Made by a program: the position numbers and the translations under genes. Shown piece by piece: positions 38,294 through 49,658 of a stretch of DNA of 64,000 bases. A model generated the notes under the pieces. It was not told the origin of the DNA, did no database searches, and saw only the letters and a program-made list of their open reading frames with translations. The first letter of the stretch is position 1. Each line of letters starts with the position of its first letter. Source of the stretch: Thermodesulfobacteriota bacterium (GTDB lineage Bacteria > Desulfobacterota_D > UBA1144 > Nemesobacterales > Mycalebacteriaceae); contig OZ242184.1 of the NCBI GenBank assembly GCA_965205855.1, forward strand, positions 288,001-352,000, given 5' to 3'.

Positions 38294-38656
38294 ATGGCGG
38301 ATTATAAAAAACGGGTTGATGTTGAAATAGGAGCTTTCGGTTCCACATACAGGGTGAAAGCGGTGCCCGAAAATGAGGGGCGCCTGAAACAAGCCGCCGC
38401 CTTGCTGGAAAAGAAAGTGGAAGAATTTTCAACGGATTTGAAAAAAACTCTGAACACTCCGATACCGGATCAACTTTTCTTTGCCGCGCTCATTATAGCC
38501 GACGAAATGCTTATGTTGAGGGAACAAAATGAAGAAGACAAAGAGTCGCGCAAATCACGGATTGACGAACTTGAACAGGTTGTGGACAAATCTCTTATCT
38601 CCAGATTTATTAAACTCAAAATGGCTTATGGAGCCGAGAGAAAAGAAGGTAGCTGA
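38294..38656 (+). CDS. zapA: Cell division protein ZapA
   Basis: VDVEI.FGSTYRV...LKQAAALLEKKV...AALIIADE; conserved synteny. Confidence 0.8.
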   Translation: MADYKKRVDVEIGAFGSTYRVKAVPENEGRLKQAAALLEKKVEEFSTDLKKTLNTPIPDQLFFAALIIADEMLMLREQNEEDKESRKSRIDELEQVVDKSLISRFIKLKMAYGAERKEGS

Positions 38657-39263
38657 ACACTCGGCTTCCCGCGCGCATATTTCAAAAACGGAAATACGGA
38701 GCCGCTTTTCCCGTTTGAGGGAAGCGAAGCCCCCCTCTGTGCTTAAGGCCCTGAGCTCCCGTATTGCCACCGGTATTTGCGGTAGCCGCATATTCCGGGA
38801 TTCGTCAAACATCGCCCTCTATTTTCCCGTTCGCGGGGAGGCGGATGTTACCGCCATACTGCCGGAGATCGCCAAATGCGGAAAAAGGGCTTTCCTGCCC
38901 AGAGTCTGCGGAGACCGTCTGCGGTTTTTTGAGGTTACCTCCGCCGCCGGTCTTTTGCCGGGTGCTTTTTCAATTCCCGAACCGCCCGAAGACCCTGAGC
39001 GCGAGATAGAAGTTTGTGAACTTGACCTTATGGTTGTTCCGGGAGTCTGCTTTGATGTCTTCGGCTCAAGGGTTGGATACGGAAAGGGTTTGTACGACCG
39101 TGCGGCTTGCGATTTGAGTCCCGAAAAACTCTGCGGTGCGATGTATCTGTTCCAGTTTGTGGATTTTGAACTTCCGCACGAGCCGCACGACAGAAGGGTC
39201 GGATTTATGGCGACAGAGCGCGGAGTGTTGCGCATGAAAAAACAAAGGAGTGAAAAAAAATGA
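38628..39263 (+). CDS. ygfA: 5-formyltetrahydrofolate cyclo-ligase
   Basis: KTEIR, YFPVRGE, IPEP, DLMVVPGVCFD..GSRVGYGKGLYDR, EPHD. Confidence 0.92.
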   Translation: MEPREKKVAEHSASRAHISKTEIRSRFSRLREAKPPSVLKALSSRIATGICGSRIFRDSSNIALYFPVRGEADVTAILPEIAKCGKRAFLPRVCGDRLRFFEVTSAAGLLPGAFSIPEPPEDPEREIEVCELDLMVVPGVCFDVFGSRVGYGKGLYDRAACDLSPEKLCGAMYLFQFVDFELPHEPHDRRVGFMATERGVLRMKKQRSEKK

Positions 39264-40822
39264 CTGACATAATCTACATAGCGGCGGTCGGTGTGGTTTG
39301 CTTTCTGGCGGGTTTTTTGATCAACCGTTTTATTATCTCTGAGAGAGAAAGGAAAAATCTGTCCTCAAAGACCGTTCTTGCTAAACGGATAGTTGAAAAA
39401 GCGAAAAAAGACGGGGAAAAAATCCTCAAAGACGCGGATACGAGAGCCTCGGAGGTTATGCGCAAAAAGAAGCTACAATTTGAGAAATCCGATAAGGACA
39501 AACGCAGAGATTTACTCCACGCCGAGCAGAAAGTCCAGAAAAATCAGGAACTGGTGAACAAAAAACTTCAAGATGTTCAGGAGAGAGAGGCGGATATCAA
39601 CCGCAGGCAGAAGAGTCTTGATTCGCTTGAGGACTCTATCGGCGAAAGACACGGCGAGATAGATACAATCAAGACCGAGATGAAAAAGCGGCTTGAGGAG
39701 TTGTCCGGTATGTCCGCCGAAGAAGTTAGAAGCGAGATGATTAAAAACATTGAGGAGGAAGCCAGAAAGGAGTCGTCCCTGATGGTCAGGGAGATAGAGG
39801 ATGAAGCCGAAGCCGGGGCCAAGGAAACCGCGACAAAGATCATCGCGCTTGCCGTGCAGAGGTATGCCGGCAAATACACGGCGGAAAACACATCCTCAAC
39901 GGTCACGCTTCCCGACCCGAACATAAAGGGGAAGATAATAGGGCGCGAGGGCAGGAACATCAGGGCTCTTGAGATACGCACGGGGGTTGATTTTGTTATG
40001 GACGAGTCGCCCGACACGGTCGTTCTGACAAGTCTGAACTCTCTGCGGCGCGAAATCGCGGTAATAGCTCTAAAGCGGCTTCTTGACGACGGCAGGGTGC
40101 ATCCCGCGAGAATTGAAGAAATAGTAAGCGAGGTTGAGGAGGAGATAAACAAGGACATTAAAAAGGCCGGCGAAGGAGCGGTTTTTGAGCTTGGAATACA
40201 CGATATGGACCCCGAGCTTGTGCGTCATGTGGGAATGCTTAAATACAGAAGAAGTTACGCGCAGAATATGCTCAACCATTCGCTGGAGGTGGCGTTTATC
40301 TGCGGGATGCTTGCCGCGGAGATAGGATACGACCAGAACCTCGCCAAACGCGCCGCACTTCTTCATGATGTGGGTAAAGCGGTTGACCATGAAGTGGAAG
40401 GCACGCATATGGAGATAGGGGCGGAACTCGCGAGAAAATACAAGGAAAACCCGCTTGTTGTGAATGCAGTCGCAAAAAGTCACGATTCGCGCATTGACGA
40501 TGTTCTTTCCATCATTGTTCAGGCTGCAGACGCGATTTCCGCGGCGCGTCCCGGAGCGAGAAAAGAGAGTTACGAGAAATATATCAAAAGAGTTGAAGAG
40601 ATAGAGGAAATAGGAGGCTCGTTCAACGGGGTCAGCAAGTGTTTCGCCGTGCAGGCAGGCAGAGAGTTGCGCGTTATAGTTGAAAACTCCTCTGTGGACG
40701 ACAAAGAGAGCGCCGTTCTCTCAAAAGACATTGCTAAGAAGATAGAGAAGGAAGTCAATTATCCGGGTAAGATAAAAATAACCGTGATAAGGGAAACCCG
40801 CGCGGTCGCGTATGCGTCTTAG
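39260..40822 (+). CDS. rny: Ribonuclease Y
   Basis: N-terminal TM, coiled coil, KH GKIIGREGRNIR, HD LLHDVGK, ADAISAARPGAR. Confidence 0.97.
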   Translation: MTDIIYIAAVGVVCFLAGFLINRFIISERERKNLSSKTVLAKRIVEKAKKDGEKILKDADTRASEVMRKKKLQFEKSDKDKRRDLLHAEQKVQKNQELVNKKLQDVQEREADINRRQKSLDSLEDSIGERHGEIDTIKTEMKKRLEELSGMSAEEVRSEMIKNIEEEARKESSLMVREIEDEAEAGAKETATKIIALAVQRYAGKYTAENTSSTVTLPDPNIKGKIIGREGRNIRALEIRTGVDFVMDESPDTVVLTSLNSLRREIAVIALKRLLDDGRVHPARIEEIVSEVEEEINKDIKKAGEGAVFELGIHDMDPELVRHVGMLKYRRSYAQNMLNHSLEVAFICGMLAAEIGYDQNLAKRAALLHDVGKAVDHEVEGTHMEIGAELARKYKENPLVVNAVAKSHDSRIDDVLSIIVQAADAISAARPGARKESYEKYIKRVEEIEEIGGSFNGVSKCFAVQAGRELRVIVENSSVDDKESAVLSKDIAKKIEKEVNYPGKIKITVIRETRAVAYAS

Positions 40823-42927
40823 ACGTTGTCCCGCGGCTGAGGATTTTGCCCAGCCTTTGCCGTTTCTATCTTTGACAGATCGCCCACTTTGAAGAAGAGG
40901 TCTTTTATTCCGCCGAGCAGAGCCGCGCGGTTTTTTCTTATACGGGCGTTCTTGTGCATTACCATTGTGCTTTCAAAAAAGTCGTCCACGGGTTTGCCGA
41001 GTGATTCCAACAGTTTGAGATAAGCCCCGTAGTCCGACGGTTGCGGTAATTTTTCAATTTGTACAAGTGCTTTCCACAGGTTTTTTTCCGCCGCGCCTTC
41101 AAATAAAGTCTCATCAACCTTCCCGCGCGCGCTGTCTCCGAGGATATTCACAACTCTTTTGAAGGACACCGCGAGTGCGCCGAAGGAGCGGGATTTTCTT
41201 GAGTTTTCAAGCGCGTCAAGACGTGCCCGACAGTCGGTAACGCTGTCGAACCGAGCCGATATGACGGCTTCCAGAGAGTCCGGTTTCGCTCCGCGCTCGG
41301 TCATAATTCCCCTGAACCTTCCCGCGATAAAATCGGTTATTTCCCCGCGTATCAGGTTTGTGTCTGTATACGGGGGGACGGAATATGAGCCCTTTTCCAT
41401 AAATTTGAGGCAGAAGTCCGCAAGTTGCGGAACGCTGAATTTGAGGTTTTTTTCAAGTGTTATGCGTATGAGCCCGATCGCCTGTCTTCTGAGCGCGTGA
41501 GGGTCGGAGGAACCGGTCGGCTTCATTCCCAGATAGAAGCAGGCGCAGATATTGTCCATTTTGTCCGCAATCGCGAGCAATGCTCCCGTGTCGGTTTGAG
41601 GCAAAACGGAGTCTCTTGCGGTGGGCATATATTGTTCCTCAATCGCCGCGCAAACCTCTTTGTCTTCCCCTACGGCTTCGGAGTAGTGTCTTCCCATAAC
41701 GCCCTGAAGTTCGGGAATCTCAAAAACCATCTGTGTTACAAGGTCGGCTTTTGAGAGGGTCGCCGCCCTTTTGAGTTTTTTCAGACCTTTTTGTCCGCAA
41801 AGACGCGCGACCCGGTCGGCGGTTTTTTCCAGACGCGCGGTTTTGTCGCCGTAGCTTCCGAGGCCGGAAAGGAAAATGGTTGACTCAAGTTCTCCAAGAT
41901 TGCTTTCAAGCGGTTTTTTCAAATCCTCTGTGTGGAAAAATTCCGCGTCCGTAAAACGCGCCCGCAAAACCCTTTCATTGCCCCTGATTACCGTTTCGGG
42001 GGTTTTCACCGGAGTTCCGCACACGAAAACAAAATACGGCATAATCTCGCCCGTGGCGGAGAATACGGGAAAGTATTTCTGATGTTTTTTCATCACGCTT
42101 GTAAGAACCTCTTCGGGCAGATTGAGGAACTGTTTCTCAAATCTTCCCGAAAGCACAACCGGATACTCTACAAGCCCGTTTACAGAGCTCAGAAGCTCGT
42201 TGTCCTGCCGGAAGACGCCACCGAGTTTCTCCGTTTCCGAGCGGACTTTTTTCTCTATGATTTTCAGCCGCTCATCGGGGTCGGCTATGACAAAATTCTT
42301 CCTCAGGCCTTCGAGATATGTTTCCCATCCGGCGGGTTTGAAAGGTTCTCCTCCCGCGAACCTGTGACCGGAGACGGTTGTTGAAAAAGGTACTCCTTCC
42401 ATCTCCATTGCAAGCGGCTCTCCTCCGTAGAAGCATGACACCTTCCTGACCGGCCTTGCGAACGCCGCGCTTGCTCTTTGCCACCTCATTGACTTCGGAC
42501 ACCGTACTCCCGCGATGATTGAAGAGATGTTTTGCGAGATTATTTGCCCCGATTCCTTGCCCTTTATTTTTTGTCTGAATGCGAGAAACCTGCCTTTTTC
42601 TCTTTCCACTATCTCAAGGTCTTCCACGCGCGCACCCTTGCCTCGGGCAAACCCGAGCGCGGCGGGAGTCGGGGAGCCGTTTTCGGAAAACGCCGATGCC
42701 TCCGAGGGGCCGAAATTTTCAACCACCGTGTCTTTCTGTCTTGTCTCAACCCCGCCGACCATGAGGGCGAGTCGCCTGGGGGTGTGAAGGCACAAGATTT
42801 TTTCAAAACCGACCGACAGCTCACGGAATTTGTTCTCAAAATTTTCGCATAGCGAGCGGGCGATTTCCGGCGCCATTGTCGCGGGAATCTCCTCAACTGT
42901 CATTTCCATGAAAAAGTCTTTTTTCAT
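40819..42927 (-). CDS. glyS: Glycyl-tRNA synthetase beta subunit
   Basis: [51 protein letters not shown]. Confidence 0.96.
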   Translation of the reverse strand: MKKDFFMEMTVEEIPATMAPEIARSLCENFENKFRELSVGFEKILCLHTPRRLALMVGGVETRQKDTVVENFGPSEASAFSENGSPTPAALGFARGKGARVEDLEIVEREKGRFLAFRQKIKGKESGQIISQNISSIIAGVRCPKSMRWQRASAAFARPVRKVSCFYGGEPLAMEMEGVPFSTTVSGHRFAGGEPFKPAGWETYLEGLRKNFVIADPDERLKIIEKKVRSETEKLGGVFRQDNELLSSVNGLVEYPVVLSGRFEKQFLNLPEEVLTSVMKKHQKYFPVFSATGEIMPYFVFVCGTPVKTPETVIRGNERVLRARFTDAEFFHTEDLKKPLESNLGELESTIFLSGLGSYGDKTARLEKTADRVARLCGQKGLKKLKRAATLSKADLVTQMVFEIPELQGVMGRHYSEAVGEDKEVCAAIEEQYMPTARDSVLPQTDTGALLAIADKMDNICACFYLGMKPTGSSDPHALRRQAIGLIRITLEKNLKFSVPQLADFCLKFMEKGSYSVPPYTDTNLIRGEITDFIAGRFRGIMTERGAKPDSLEAVISARFDSVTDCRARLDALENSRKSRSFGALAVSFKRVVNILGDSARGKVDETLFEGAAEKNLWKALVQIEKLPQPSDYGAYLKLLESLGKPVDDFFESTMVMHKNARIRKNRAALLGGIKDLFFKVGDLSKIETAKAGQNPQPRDNV

Positions 42928-43817
42928 CGTCCGGCTTTGCCGCCTCTTGATTGTACGAGCAAAGGAAAACCGAGTTCGGCGCGTTTTTCGAGCCAGGCCC
43001 TTGAGCACGCGCCAGCAAGCGCGCGCACTTTTGCCATGTAGTTTTCTCTTTCGGCTATTCCAACCGCACCGCGCGCGTCCAGCAGGTTGAACACATGGGA
43101 GCATTTCATGCAATACTCGTAAGCCGGTAGCGGCAGACCGTCTTCGCTAAGTTTTTTGCATTCTACGCTGAATTGCTCAAACAGCAGGGTGAGCATCCTG
43201 CGGTCGGATTTCTCAAAGTTGTAGGTTGAAAACTCAAATTCCCCTTCCCTGTGTATCTCTCCGTAGGAAATCCCGCCGTCCCACTCAAGGTCAAACACGT
43301 TGTCCACTCCCTGAAGATACATTGCGATTCTTTCCGTTCCGTATGTTATTTCCGCAGACACCGGATCAAGGTCAATGCCTCCTGCCTGCTGAAAATAGGT
43401 GAACTGTGTTATCTCCATTCCGTCCAGCCAAACTTCCCATCCGAGACCCCACGCGCCCAGAGTCGGGGACTCCCAGTCGTCTTCCACAAACCTTATGTCG
43501 TGCTTCATGGGGTCTATGCCAAACGACTCAAGGCTTTTTATATATAGCTCCTGTATGTCCGCCGGCGCGGGTTTGATGAGCACTTGAAACTGGTAATAGT
43601 GCTGAAGCCTGTTCGGGTTGTTCCCGTATCTGCCGTCGGCGGGTCTTCTGCACGGTTCCACATACGCCGCCTTCCACGGCTCGGGACCGAGACACCTGAG
43701 GAATGTGTGAGGGTTGAATGTTCCCGCGCCCGTCTCGGTGTCGCAGGGTTGCACTATTATGCATCCTTGTTTCGCCCAGAAATCCTGAAGAGAGAGTATG
43801 AGTTTTTGAAAAGTCAT
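42924..43817 (-). CDS. glyQ: Glycyl-tRNA synthetase alpha subunit
   Basis: [43 protein letters not shown]. Confidence 0.98.
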   Translation of the reverse strand: MTFQKLILSLQDFWAKQGCIIVQPCDTETGAGTFNPHTFLRCLGPEPWKAAYVEPCRRPADGRYGNNPNRLQHYYQFQVLIKPAPADIQELYIKSLESFGIDPMKHDIRFVEDDWESPTLGAWGLGWEVWLDGMEITQFTYFQQAGGIDLDPVSAEITYGTERIAMYLQGVDNVFDLEWDGGISYGEIHREGEFEFSTYNFEKSDRRMLTLLFEQFSVECKKLSEDGLPLPAYEYCMKCSHVFNLLDARGAVGIAERENYMAKVRALAGACSRAWLEKRAELGFPLLVQSRGGKAGR

Positions 43818-43979
43818 TGACAGCAAGTGGTGACTGCAAAATCGCCACTAAATCTATCATTAAACGCGCGAAATTGAAAAACCGCACCGGGCTCACGGTT
43901 TTTAAACCGTCTTTTTTTGCCCGAACGGTGCGGTGAAAATCGCACTGAACGGGGTTTTTCTGTATATTTTCGTTGTCAG

Positions 43980-45581
43980 ATGAGTGAGCAATCCACCACA
44001 AACAGCCCGAACGGGCTCAAGTCCGCAGGAGCGGATGTGCCGGATTTTCCGGACAACTTCAGAATTGACCCCGAACTCCTTGAGGTCGTTCCCGAACATT
44101 TTGCCAGAAAACACAGCGCCTTTCCCTTGCGCGGAGAAGACGGTTCCATAGTCATGGCGGTTCCAAAGGGGGTGAAACCCGACGCTTTGGACTGCGTGAA
44201 ATTCCACTCCGGACGCACGACGGAATTTATACCAGTTTCCCCGCAGACCGTTACCGCGCTTATAGAAAACAACTACGCAAAGCCGACAAATCTGACAAGT
44301 CCAGACGGGGGTTTTGCCAGCGATGCAATACAGCGGATAATTGATGAAGTTTCCCTCTCTTCACAAAGCGAAGACGGGAGGCAGTCCGTTACGGATTTTT
44401 CGCAGTCCTCGCCGGTTGTGAAACTCACAAATTCCATTATTGAAGAAGCGTTTTTCAAAAGGGCAAGCGACATACATCTGGAGCCGTATGAGAATGAGCT
44501 CAGGGTCAGATACAGAATTGACGGCGTGTTGTATGTTTTCCACAGACTTCCGATTCGCATAGCACCGGTACTGACTTCAAGACTCAAAGTTATGTGCGAA
44601 CTCAATATCGTGGAAAAAAGACTGACACAACAGGGGCGTATGGATTTTCAGACTTCGCACGGGAAAAGTTTTGAATGCAGAATTTCGGTTGTTCCGGTGA
44701 TTTTCGGCGAGAAGGTTGCCATAAGAATTCTGGATTCGAAACCGCTCCATTTCAGCCTCAGTCAACTCGGCTTTGAGAGCACACAGCTTGCGGATTTTGA
44801 AAGGGCACTGCGCGTTGAAAATGGAATGGTACTCATAGCGGGACCCACGGGAAGTGGAAAAACCACGACCCTTTACTCGGTTCTTGAAGAGATAAAAAGC
44901 GACAATATAAACATCATCACGGCGGAAGACCCGATTGAGTACAACATCAGCGGCATAAATCAGGTTCAAGTCAGGGAAGATATCGGACTTACTTTTTCGG
45001 AGTGTCTGCGGTCTTTTCTCCGTCAGGACCCCGATGTGATTCTTGTCGGCGAGATTAGAGATTCCCAGACCGCGGAGATAGCGGTTAAGGCATCTCTTAC
45101 GGGGCATTTGATGCTTTCCACAATTCACACCGGCGACTCGCTTTCCTCCATTGTGCGTTTGCTTGACATGGGAATAGAGCCGTTTCTTGTGGCATCTTCC
45201 CTGCGCGCCGTTGTGTCGCAGAGGCTTGTCAGGGTGATATGCGACAGCTGCAAACAAAACGCGGAGATTGCCGCCGCCGTGCTCCGTGCCGCGGAAATAC
45301 CGGAGGAAGATTGCCGTCCGGATTCGGTCTGCGAGGGAGCGGGCTGCCCGGCGTGCTCGGAAATCGGATACAGGGGAAGGGAAGCGGTCTACGAGGTTGT
45401 TGTGGTTAATTCCGAACTCAGGGAGATGATTGTGTCGGGGGCTTCTACGGGCGAGATGAGGGAGTGGGCGGCACGCGGGGGGTTAAAAACAATGAGGCAA
45501 AACGCAATTGAAAAACTTTCGCGCGGAATAACAACCCTTGAAGAGGTTTTAAAAAACGTCCCGTACGACGGCGGAGAGTAG
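43980..45581 (+). CDS. pilB: Type IV pilus/T2SS assembly ATPase (PilB/GspE)
   Basis: ASDIHLEP, GPTGSGKTTT, EDPIE, LRQDPDVILVGEIRD, TGHLMLSTIH, CDSC..CPAC. Confidence 0.9.
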   Translation: MSEQSTTNSPNGLKSAGADVPDFPDNFRIDPELLEVVPEHFARKHSAFPLRGEDGSIVMAVPKGVKPDALDCVKFHSGRTTEFIPVSPQTVTALIENNYAKPTNLTSPDGGFASDAIQRIIDEVSLSSQSEDGRQSVTDFSQSSPVVKLTNSIIEEAFFKRASDIHLEPYENELRVRYRIDGVLYVFHRLPIRIAPVLTSRLKVMCELNIVEKRLTQQGRMDFQTSHGKSFECRISVVPVIFGEKVAIRILDSKPLHFSLSQLGFESTQLADFERALRVENGMVLIAGPTGSGKTTTLYSVLEEIKSDNINIITAEDPIEYNISGINQVQVREDIGLTFSECLRSFLRQDPDVILVGEIRDSQTAEIAVKASLTGHLMLSTIHTGDSLSSIVRLLDMGIEPFLVASSLRAVVSQRLVRVICDSCKQNAEIAAAVLRAAEIPEEDCRPDSVCEGAGCPACSEIGYRGREAVYEVVVVNSELREMIVSGASTGEMREWAARGGLKTMRQNAIEKLSRGITTLEEVLKNVPYDGGE

Positions 45582-45593
45582 GTACGGACGGTT

Positions 45594-46853
45594 ATGCCGG
45601 TTTTTATCTGGGAAGGAGAATCCAAAGGCGTGAAAACACGCGGTGAAATGGAGGCGTCAAGCAAGTCCGAGGTGGTTTCGCGTCTGAGAAACATGGGCGT
45701 GTTGTCGTCCCCGGACGGCATTCGCCGCAAGGGGGCATTCTTGCGCGAAGGATTCGCAAAAGGTTTTGCGGGGCGGGTTTACGGTATTCTCCAAACCGAT
45801 ATTTACACCGGACCGGTGCCGTCTTCGGCGGTCTATGCGTTTACAAGGAAATTTTCCGTTATGGTCGGCGCCGGCATTGACATTTCCCGCGCGCTTGGGG
45901 TTCTCGCTTCGCAGGAGACAAACACCCGGTTCAGAAATATAGTTGAGCAAACCGCGCGGTCGGTAAGGCGCGGGGAAAGTTTCTCCTCCGCTCTGGAAAA
46001 ACATCCGGAGGCGTTTTCATCCCTCTACACGGGTCTTGTGAAAGCCGCCGAAAAGGGCGGAAACATGGGCGAAATAATGATGAACTTTGCCGACAGTCTT
46101 CAGAAAGCGGAGCAGTTGAAGAAAAAGGCACTTGCCGCGATGGTATATCCGCTGACCGTGATTACGGGCGCGTTTGTCGTTCTTTTTCTTGCCGTGTCGT
46201 TTCTTGTTCCGGTATTCGCTCGAGTGTTTGAGGATATGGGGGCGCAGTTGCCGCCTCTGACGGCTGCCGTTATGAATTTCGGGGTGTTTGTGAAATCCAA
46301 TCTTGTCTTTATCGCGGTTTTCTTCCCCGCCGCGCTGGTTGCGCCCTTTGTTGTTTACAAGCGCTCCGACAAGGCGGCGGAGTTTATCGACCGTCTTGTT
46401 TTCTTTGTTCCGGTTTTTGGCGAAATGACGCACAAATCAATTCTCGCGCGGTTTTGCACGACCCTTGCCGCACTTCTTCGCGGAGGCGTTCCGCTTGTTT
46501 CCGCCCTTGAGGTTGTCTCCACATCCTCGAACAACCGTTTTTTCTCAAAAGCGGTTGTCTCCGCGGCGCGGGAGATGGTCAAGGGAAGGGGAGTTTCGGA
46601 GTCCTTCGGTGGCGGCAAACTTTTTCCTCCGGTATTTCTGTCCATGATAGAAGCCGGGGAACAGTCGGGAAGACTCGCGTTTATCCTTGACGGTCTTGCG
46701 GGCAGTTATCAGCAGGAGGCGGATTCACTCTCCCTTGCGGTTCAATCCCTTGCGGAAAGCTCGGCAATTTTTATTGTGGGCGTTGCGGTCTCGGTTATAG
46801 TGATTTCAATGTATCTGCCGATATTCAACCTTGTGTCACTTTTCTCAAGTTAG
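45594..46853 (+). CDS. pilC: Type IV pilus/T2SS inner-membrane platform protein (PilC/GspF)
   Basis: Two T2SSF repeats, AMVYP, GEQSGRL, SMYLPIF. Confidence 0.9.
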   Translation: MPVFIWEGESKGVKTRGEMEASSKSEVVSRLRNMGVLSSPDGIRRKGAFLREGFAKGFAGRVYGILQTDIYTGPVPSSAVYAFTRKFSVMVGAGIDISRALGVLASQETNTRFRNIVEQTARSVRRGESFSSALEKHPEAFSSLYTGLVKAAEKGGNMGEIMMNFADSLQKAEQLKKKALAAMVYPLTVITGAFVVLFLAVSFLVPVFARVFEDMGAQLPPLTAAVMNFGVFVKSNLVFIAVFFPAALVAPFVVYKRSDKAAEFIDRLVFFVPVFGEMTHKSILARFCTTLAALLRGGVPLVSALEVVSTSSNNRFFSKAVVSAAREMVKGRGVSESFGGGKLFPPVFLSMIEAGEQSGRLAFILDGLAGSYQQEADSLSLAVQSLAESSAIFIVGVAVSVIVISMYLPIFNLVSLFSS

Positions 46854-46880
46854 CGCGGGCGTTTCAACAAGGTAATCACA

Positions 46881-48992
46881 ATGAGCGGTTCTTCTAAAAA
46901 ACTCAGAAAAGAGCTTGGCGTAAAAGACATTTTCGCACTCGGAGTTGGCACCTCCCTGAGCGCGGGGCTTTTTCTTCTTCCCGGTATTGCCGCGAAGGAA
47001 TTCGGGCTTGGCTCATCGGTCGTCATAGCTTATATGGTGGCCGTTTTTGCCCTTGTTCCAGTCATATTCAGTATAGCCGAGCTTTCAACCGCCATGCCCA
47101 GAGCGGGAGGCGTCTATTATTTCATAGACCGCTCTCTGGGGCCTCTTTTCGGCACCGTGGGGGGAATTGGCAGCTGGCTGGCCCTTGTTCTCAAATCCGC
47201 TTTCGCGCTTATCGGTATGGGTTACTACCTGTTGCATTTTTTCCCGGATTATAGTAATTATGTTGTTCCGTTCTCAATCTTCTCCTGCTTTGTCATAGGA
47301 ATGGTTAACGCCGTCGGGGCAAAGGGAAGCGGCGATTTCCAGAAGCTACTTGTTACCATTCTCATTTTGACGCTCACGGTTTTCATTGCCGTGGGCATTC
47401 CGGAAATTGATTCGGCGAACCTGTCAACATTTTTTGAATTTTCGCCCGAAGCGATGCTTGCCACTTCCGCGATGGTCTATATCAGTTACGCGGGGATAAC
47501 AAAGGTTACTAGTCTCTCGGAGGAGGTTAAAGACCCCGAGCGCACCATTCCGCTTGGGATGTTTTATGCGCTTGGCGTATCCGTTTTAATTTACGGGCTT
47601 GGCATTCTTGTAATGGTCGGTGTCATTCCCGGAAAGGAAGTGCTCGGGGACTATACCCTTGCTGCGGACGCCGCGGGAGCGGTTCTCGGCAAGACGGGAC
47701 TTCACATCATATCCTTTGCGGCCATTGCCGCGTTTATCTCGGTCGCAAACGCTGGAACGCTTACCGCATCGCGCTACCCTCTGGCAATGAGCCGGGACGA
47801 TGTTATGCCACGCGTTTTTATGAAAATTTCACAAAACGGCACGCCCGTCTATGCCCTTGCGCTGACGGTGCTTGCGGTCACGGTTGTGCTTGTTCTTCTT
47901 GACCCTATCAGGATTGTAAAACTTGCAAGTGCTTTTCAGCTTTTTGTGTTTGCGATTGTGTGTTTTTCCGTGATTGTGATGAGAGAAAGTAGAATTGAGT
48001 CATACGACCCGGGATACAAATCTCCTTTTTATCCCTGGATGCAGTTTGCCGGCATTCTTTTCTCTCTCTGGTTGTTTTTCAGTTTCGGTTTTATGGCAAA
48101 GTTTTTCACCGCAGTTGTCGTAGCCGTGTGCGTGATATGGTATCGGTTTTATGTCCGAGGCGGTGCCGAGAGAGGCGGAGCGATATTTCATCTGTTTGAA
48201 AAACTCGGGCGTTCAAGATACGACGGTCTGGACACCGAACTAAGGGGAATACTCAAAGAAAAGGGCTTGCGCAAAGAAGACCCGTTTGACCGCCTTATGG
48301 TGGGAAGCGGAGTGATTGATTTGAAAGACCGTGACGGGCTTGATTTTGAGATGGTCGCCCATCTTGTGGCGGAGAAACTGTGTCAACGCATAAGGCATTT
48401 CTCTCCCGCGGAAATTGCGCGGCTTTTTATAGAAAACACCGGAGTTGGCATGACACCTGTTACCGGAGACGGCGTAGCTCTTCCGCATTTGAGGCTTGCC
48501 GGGCTTGACAATATGGAGATTGTGATGGTTCGCTCGCGCCGCGGGGTCGGTATCCGTGCAAGTGGCGAAGAACCCATGCAGTCCGCATCCTCGGCGAAAG
48601 CGCTGTTTTTTCTCGTAAGTCCCAAGGACGACCCCAACCTGCATCTCAGAATACTCGCCAGAATGGCAAGCATAGTTGAAGATGAAAGCTTTCACAGAGA
48701 TTGGATGAGAGCTCCCGGAGAGGATGAACTCAGGGAAATATTCACGCGCAGTGAGCAGATAATCACTTTTGAAATCGGCCCCTGGGACAGTCCGTCCCAT
48801 GCTCTTGTCGGCAAGCCGTTGAGGAATTCCAAATTGCCTCAGGGCTGTCTTGTGGCCCTTGTCAAGAAAGCCGGGCACGCTGTTGTTCCCGGTCCGATGA
48901 CCGTTTTGGAGCAGGGGGATTCCGTAACTTTTGTCGGAGAGCCCGAAGCGATTGAAGAGGTTAAAAGAAGATATCTGTGGACGGGGAACTGA
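46881..48992 (+). CDS. APC-family amino acid permease fused to PTS EIIA-like and TrkA-C domains
   Basis: SAGLFLLPG, AELSTAMPRAGG, SEEVKDPERTIP; GVALPHLR (EIIA); LPQGCLVALV...LEQGDSVTFVG (RCK_C). Confidence 0.85.
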   Translation: MSGSSKKLRKELGVKDIFALGVGTSLSAGLFLLPGIAAKEFGLGSSVVIAYMVAVFALVPVIFSIAELSTAMPRAGGVYYFIDRSLGPLFGTVGGIGSWLALVLKSAFALIGMGYYLLHFFPDYSNYVVPFSIFSCFVIGMVNAVGAKGSGDFQKLLVTILILTLTVFIAVGIPEIDSANLSTFFEFSPEAMLATSAMVYISYAGITKVTSLSEEVKDPERTIPLGMFYALGVSVLIYGLGILVMVGVIPGKEVLGDYTLAADAAGAVLGKTGLHIISFAAIAAFISVANAGTLTASRYPLAMSRDDVMPRVFMKISQNGTPVYALALTVLAVTVVLVLLDPIRIVKLASAFQLFVFAIVCFSVIVMRESRIESYDPGYKSPFYPWMQFAGILFSLWLFFSFGFMAKFFTAVVVAVCVIWYRFYVRGGAERGGAIFHLFEKLGRSRYDGLDTELRGILKEKGLRKEDPFDRLMVGSGVIDLKDRDGLDFEMVAHLVAEKLCQRIRHFSPAEIARLFIENTGVGMTPVTGDGVALPHLRLAGLDNMEIVMVRSRRGVGIRASGEEPMQSASSAKALFFLVSPKDDPNLHLRILARMASIVEDESFHRDWMRAPGEDELREIFTRSEQIITFEIGPWDSPSHALVGKPLRNSKLPQGCLVALVKKAGHAVVPGPMTVLEQGDSVTFVGEPEAIEEVKRRYLWTGN

Positions 48993-48997
48993 GACAG

Positions 48998-49648
48998 TTG
49001 AAATACAAAGCCGTAATTTTTGACCTTGACGGGACGCTTGTTGACTCGGTTGCAGACATAGCCAATGCCGCCAATGCGTCTTTACAACGCAACGGGTTTC
49101 CCCACCGGGATGTTGACGAATACAGGCTTTTCATAGGCGAGGGCGCTGAGGGAATGATAAAAAAAGCTCTTCCCCAAAATGCCTCCAGGGCGGACATAGG
49201 CAGATGTCTTGAGGGTTTTATGCTGTCCTACAGAGAGGGTTTTGATGTTCTCACAAAACCTTACGATGGCATAGAGAAGTTGCTTGGCGCTCTTTGCGGC
49301 GGCGGCGTAACGATTGCCGTGCTTTCCAACAAGCCGCAGGAGATGACTTCAAAGATTGTCCGCAGTCTTCTTTCGGACTGGCCGTTTGCCGAGATTGTCG
49401 GACACAGCGGTGAGACTCCGCGAAAGCCCGACCCCGCCGGAGCTCTGGGACTCTGTTCAAGGATTTCGATTGGCCCGGAGCAAACCGCGTTTGTGGGGGA
49501 TTCTGCCATAGACATGAAAACTGCGGTTGCCGCCGGGATGCTTCCCGTTGGGGTACTTTGGGGATTTCGCAGCAGAGACGAGCTTGTCGGCGCCGGAGCG
49601 CGTTATGTTATGGAGCATCCAGCCGACCTTACGGATATTATAGGATAG
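48998..49648 (+). CDS. HAD phosphatase (phosphoglycolate phosphatase-like)
   Basis: FDLDGTL, SNK, KPDP, VGDSAIDM. Confidence 0.88.
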   Translation: MKYKAVIFDLDGTLVDSVADIANAANASLQRNGFPHRDVDEYRLFIGEGAEGMIKKALPQNASRADIGRCLEGFMLSYREGFDVLTKPYDGIEKLLGALCGGGVTIAVLSNKPQEMTSKIVRSLLSDWPFAEIVGHSGETPRKPDPAGALGLCSRISIGPEQTAFVGDSAIDMKTAVAAGMLPVGVLWGFRSRDELVGAGARYVMEHPADLTDIIG

Positions 49649-49658
49649 GATTCAAACT

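Noticed and set aside
43830-43979. Hairpins in the glyQ-pilB intergenic region as a T-box or riboswitch
   Set aside because: Short divergent promoter region with no T-box consensus.
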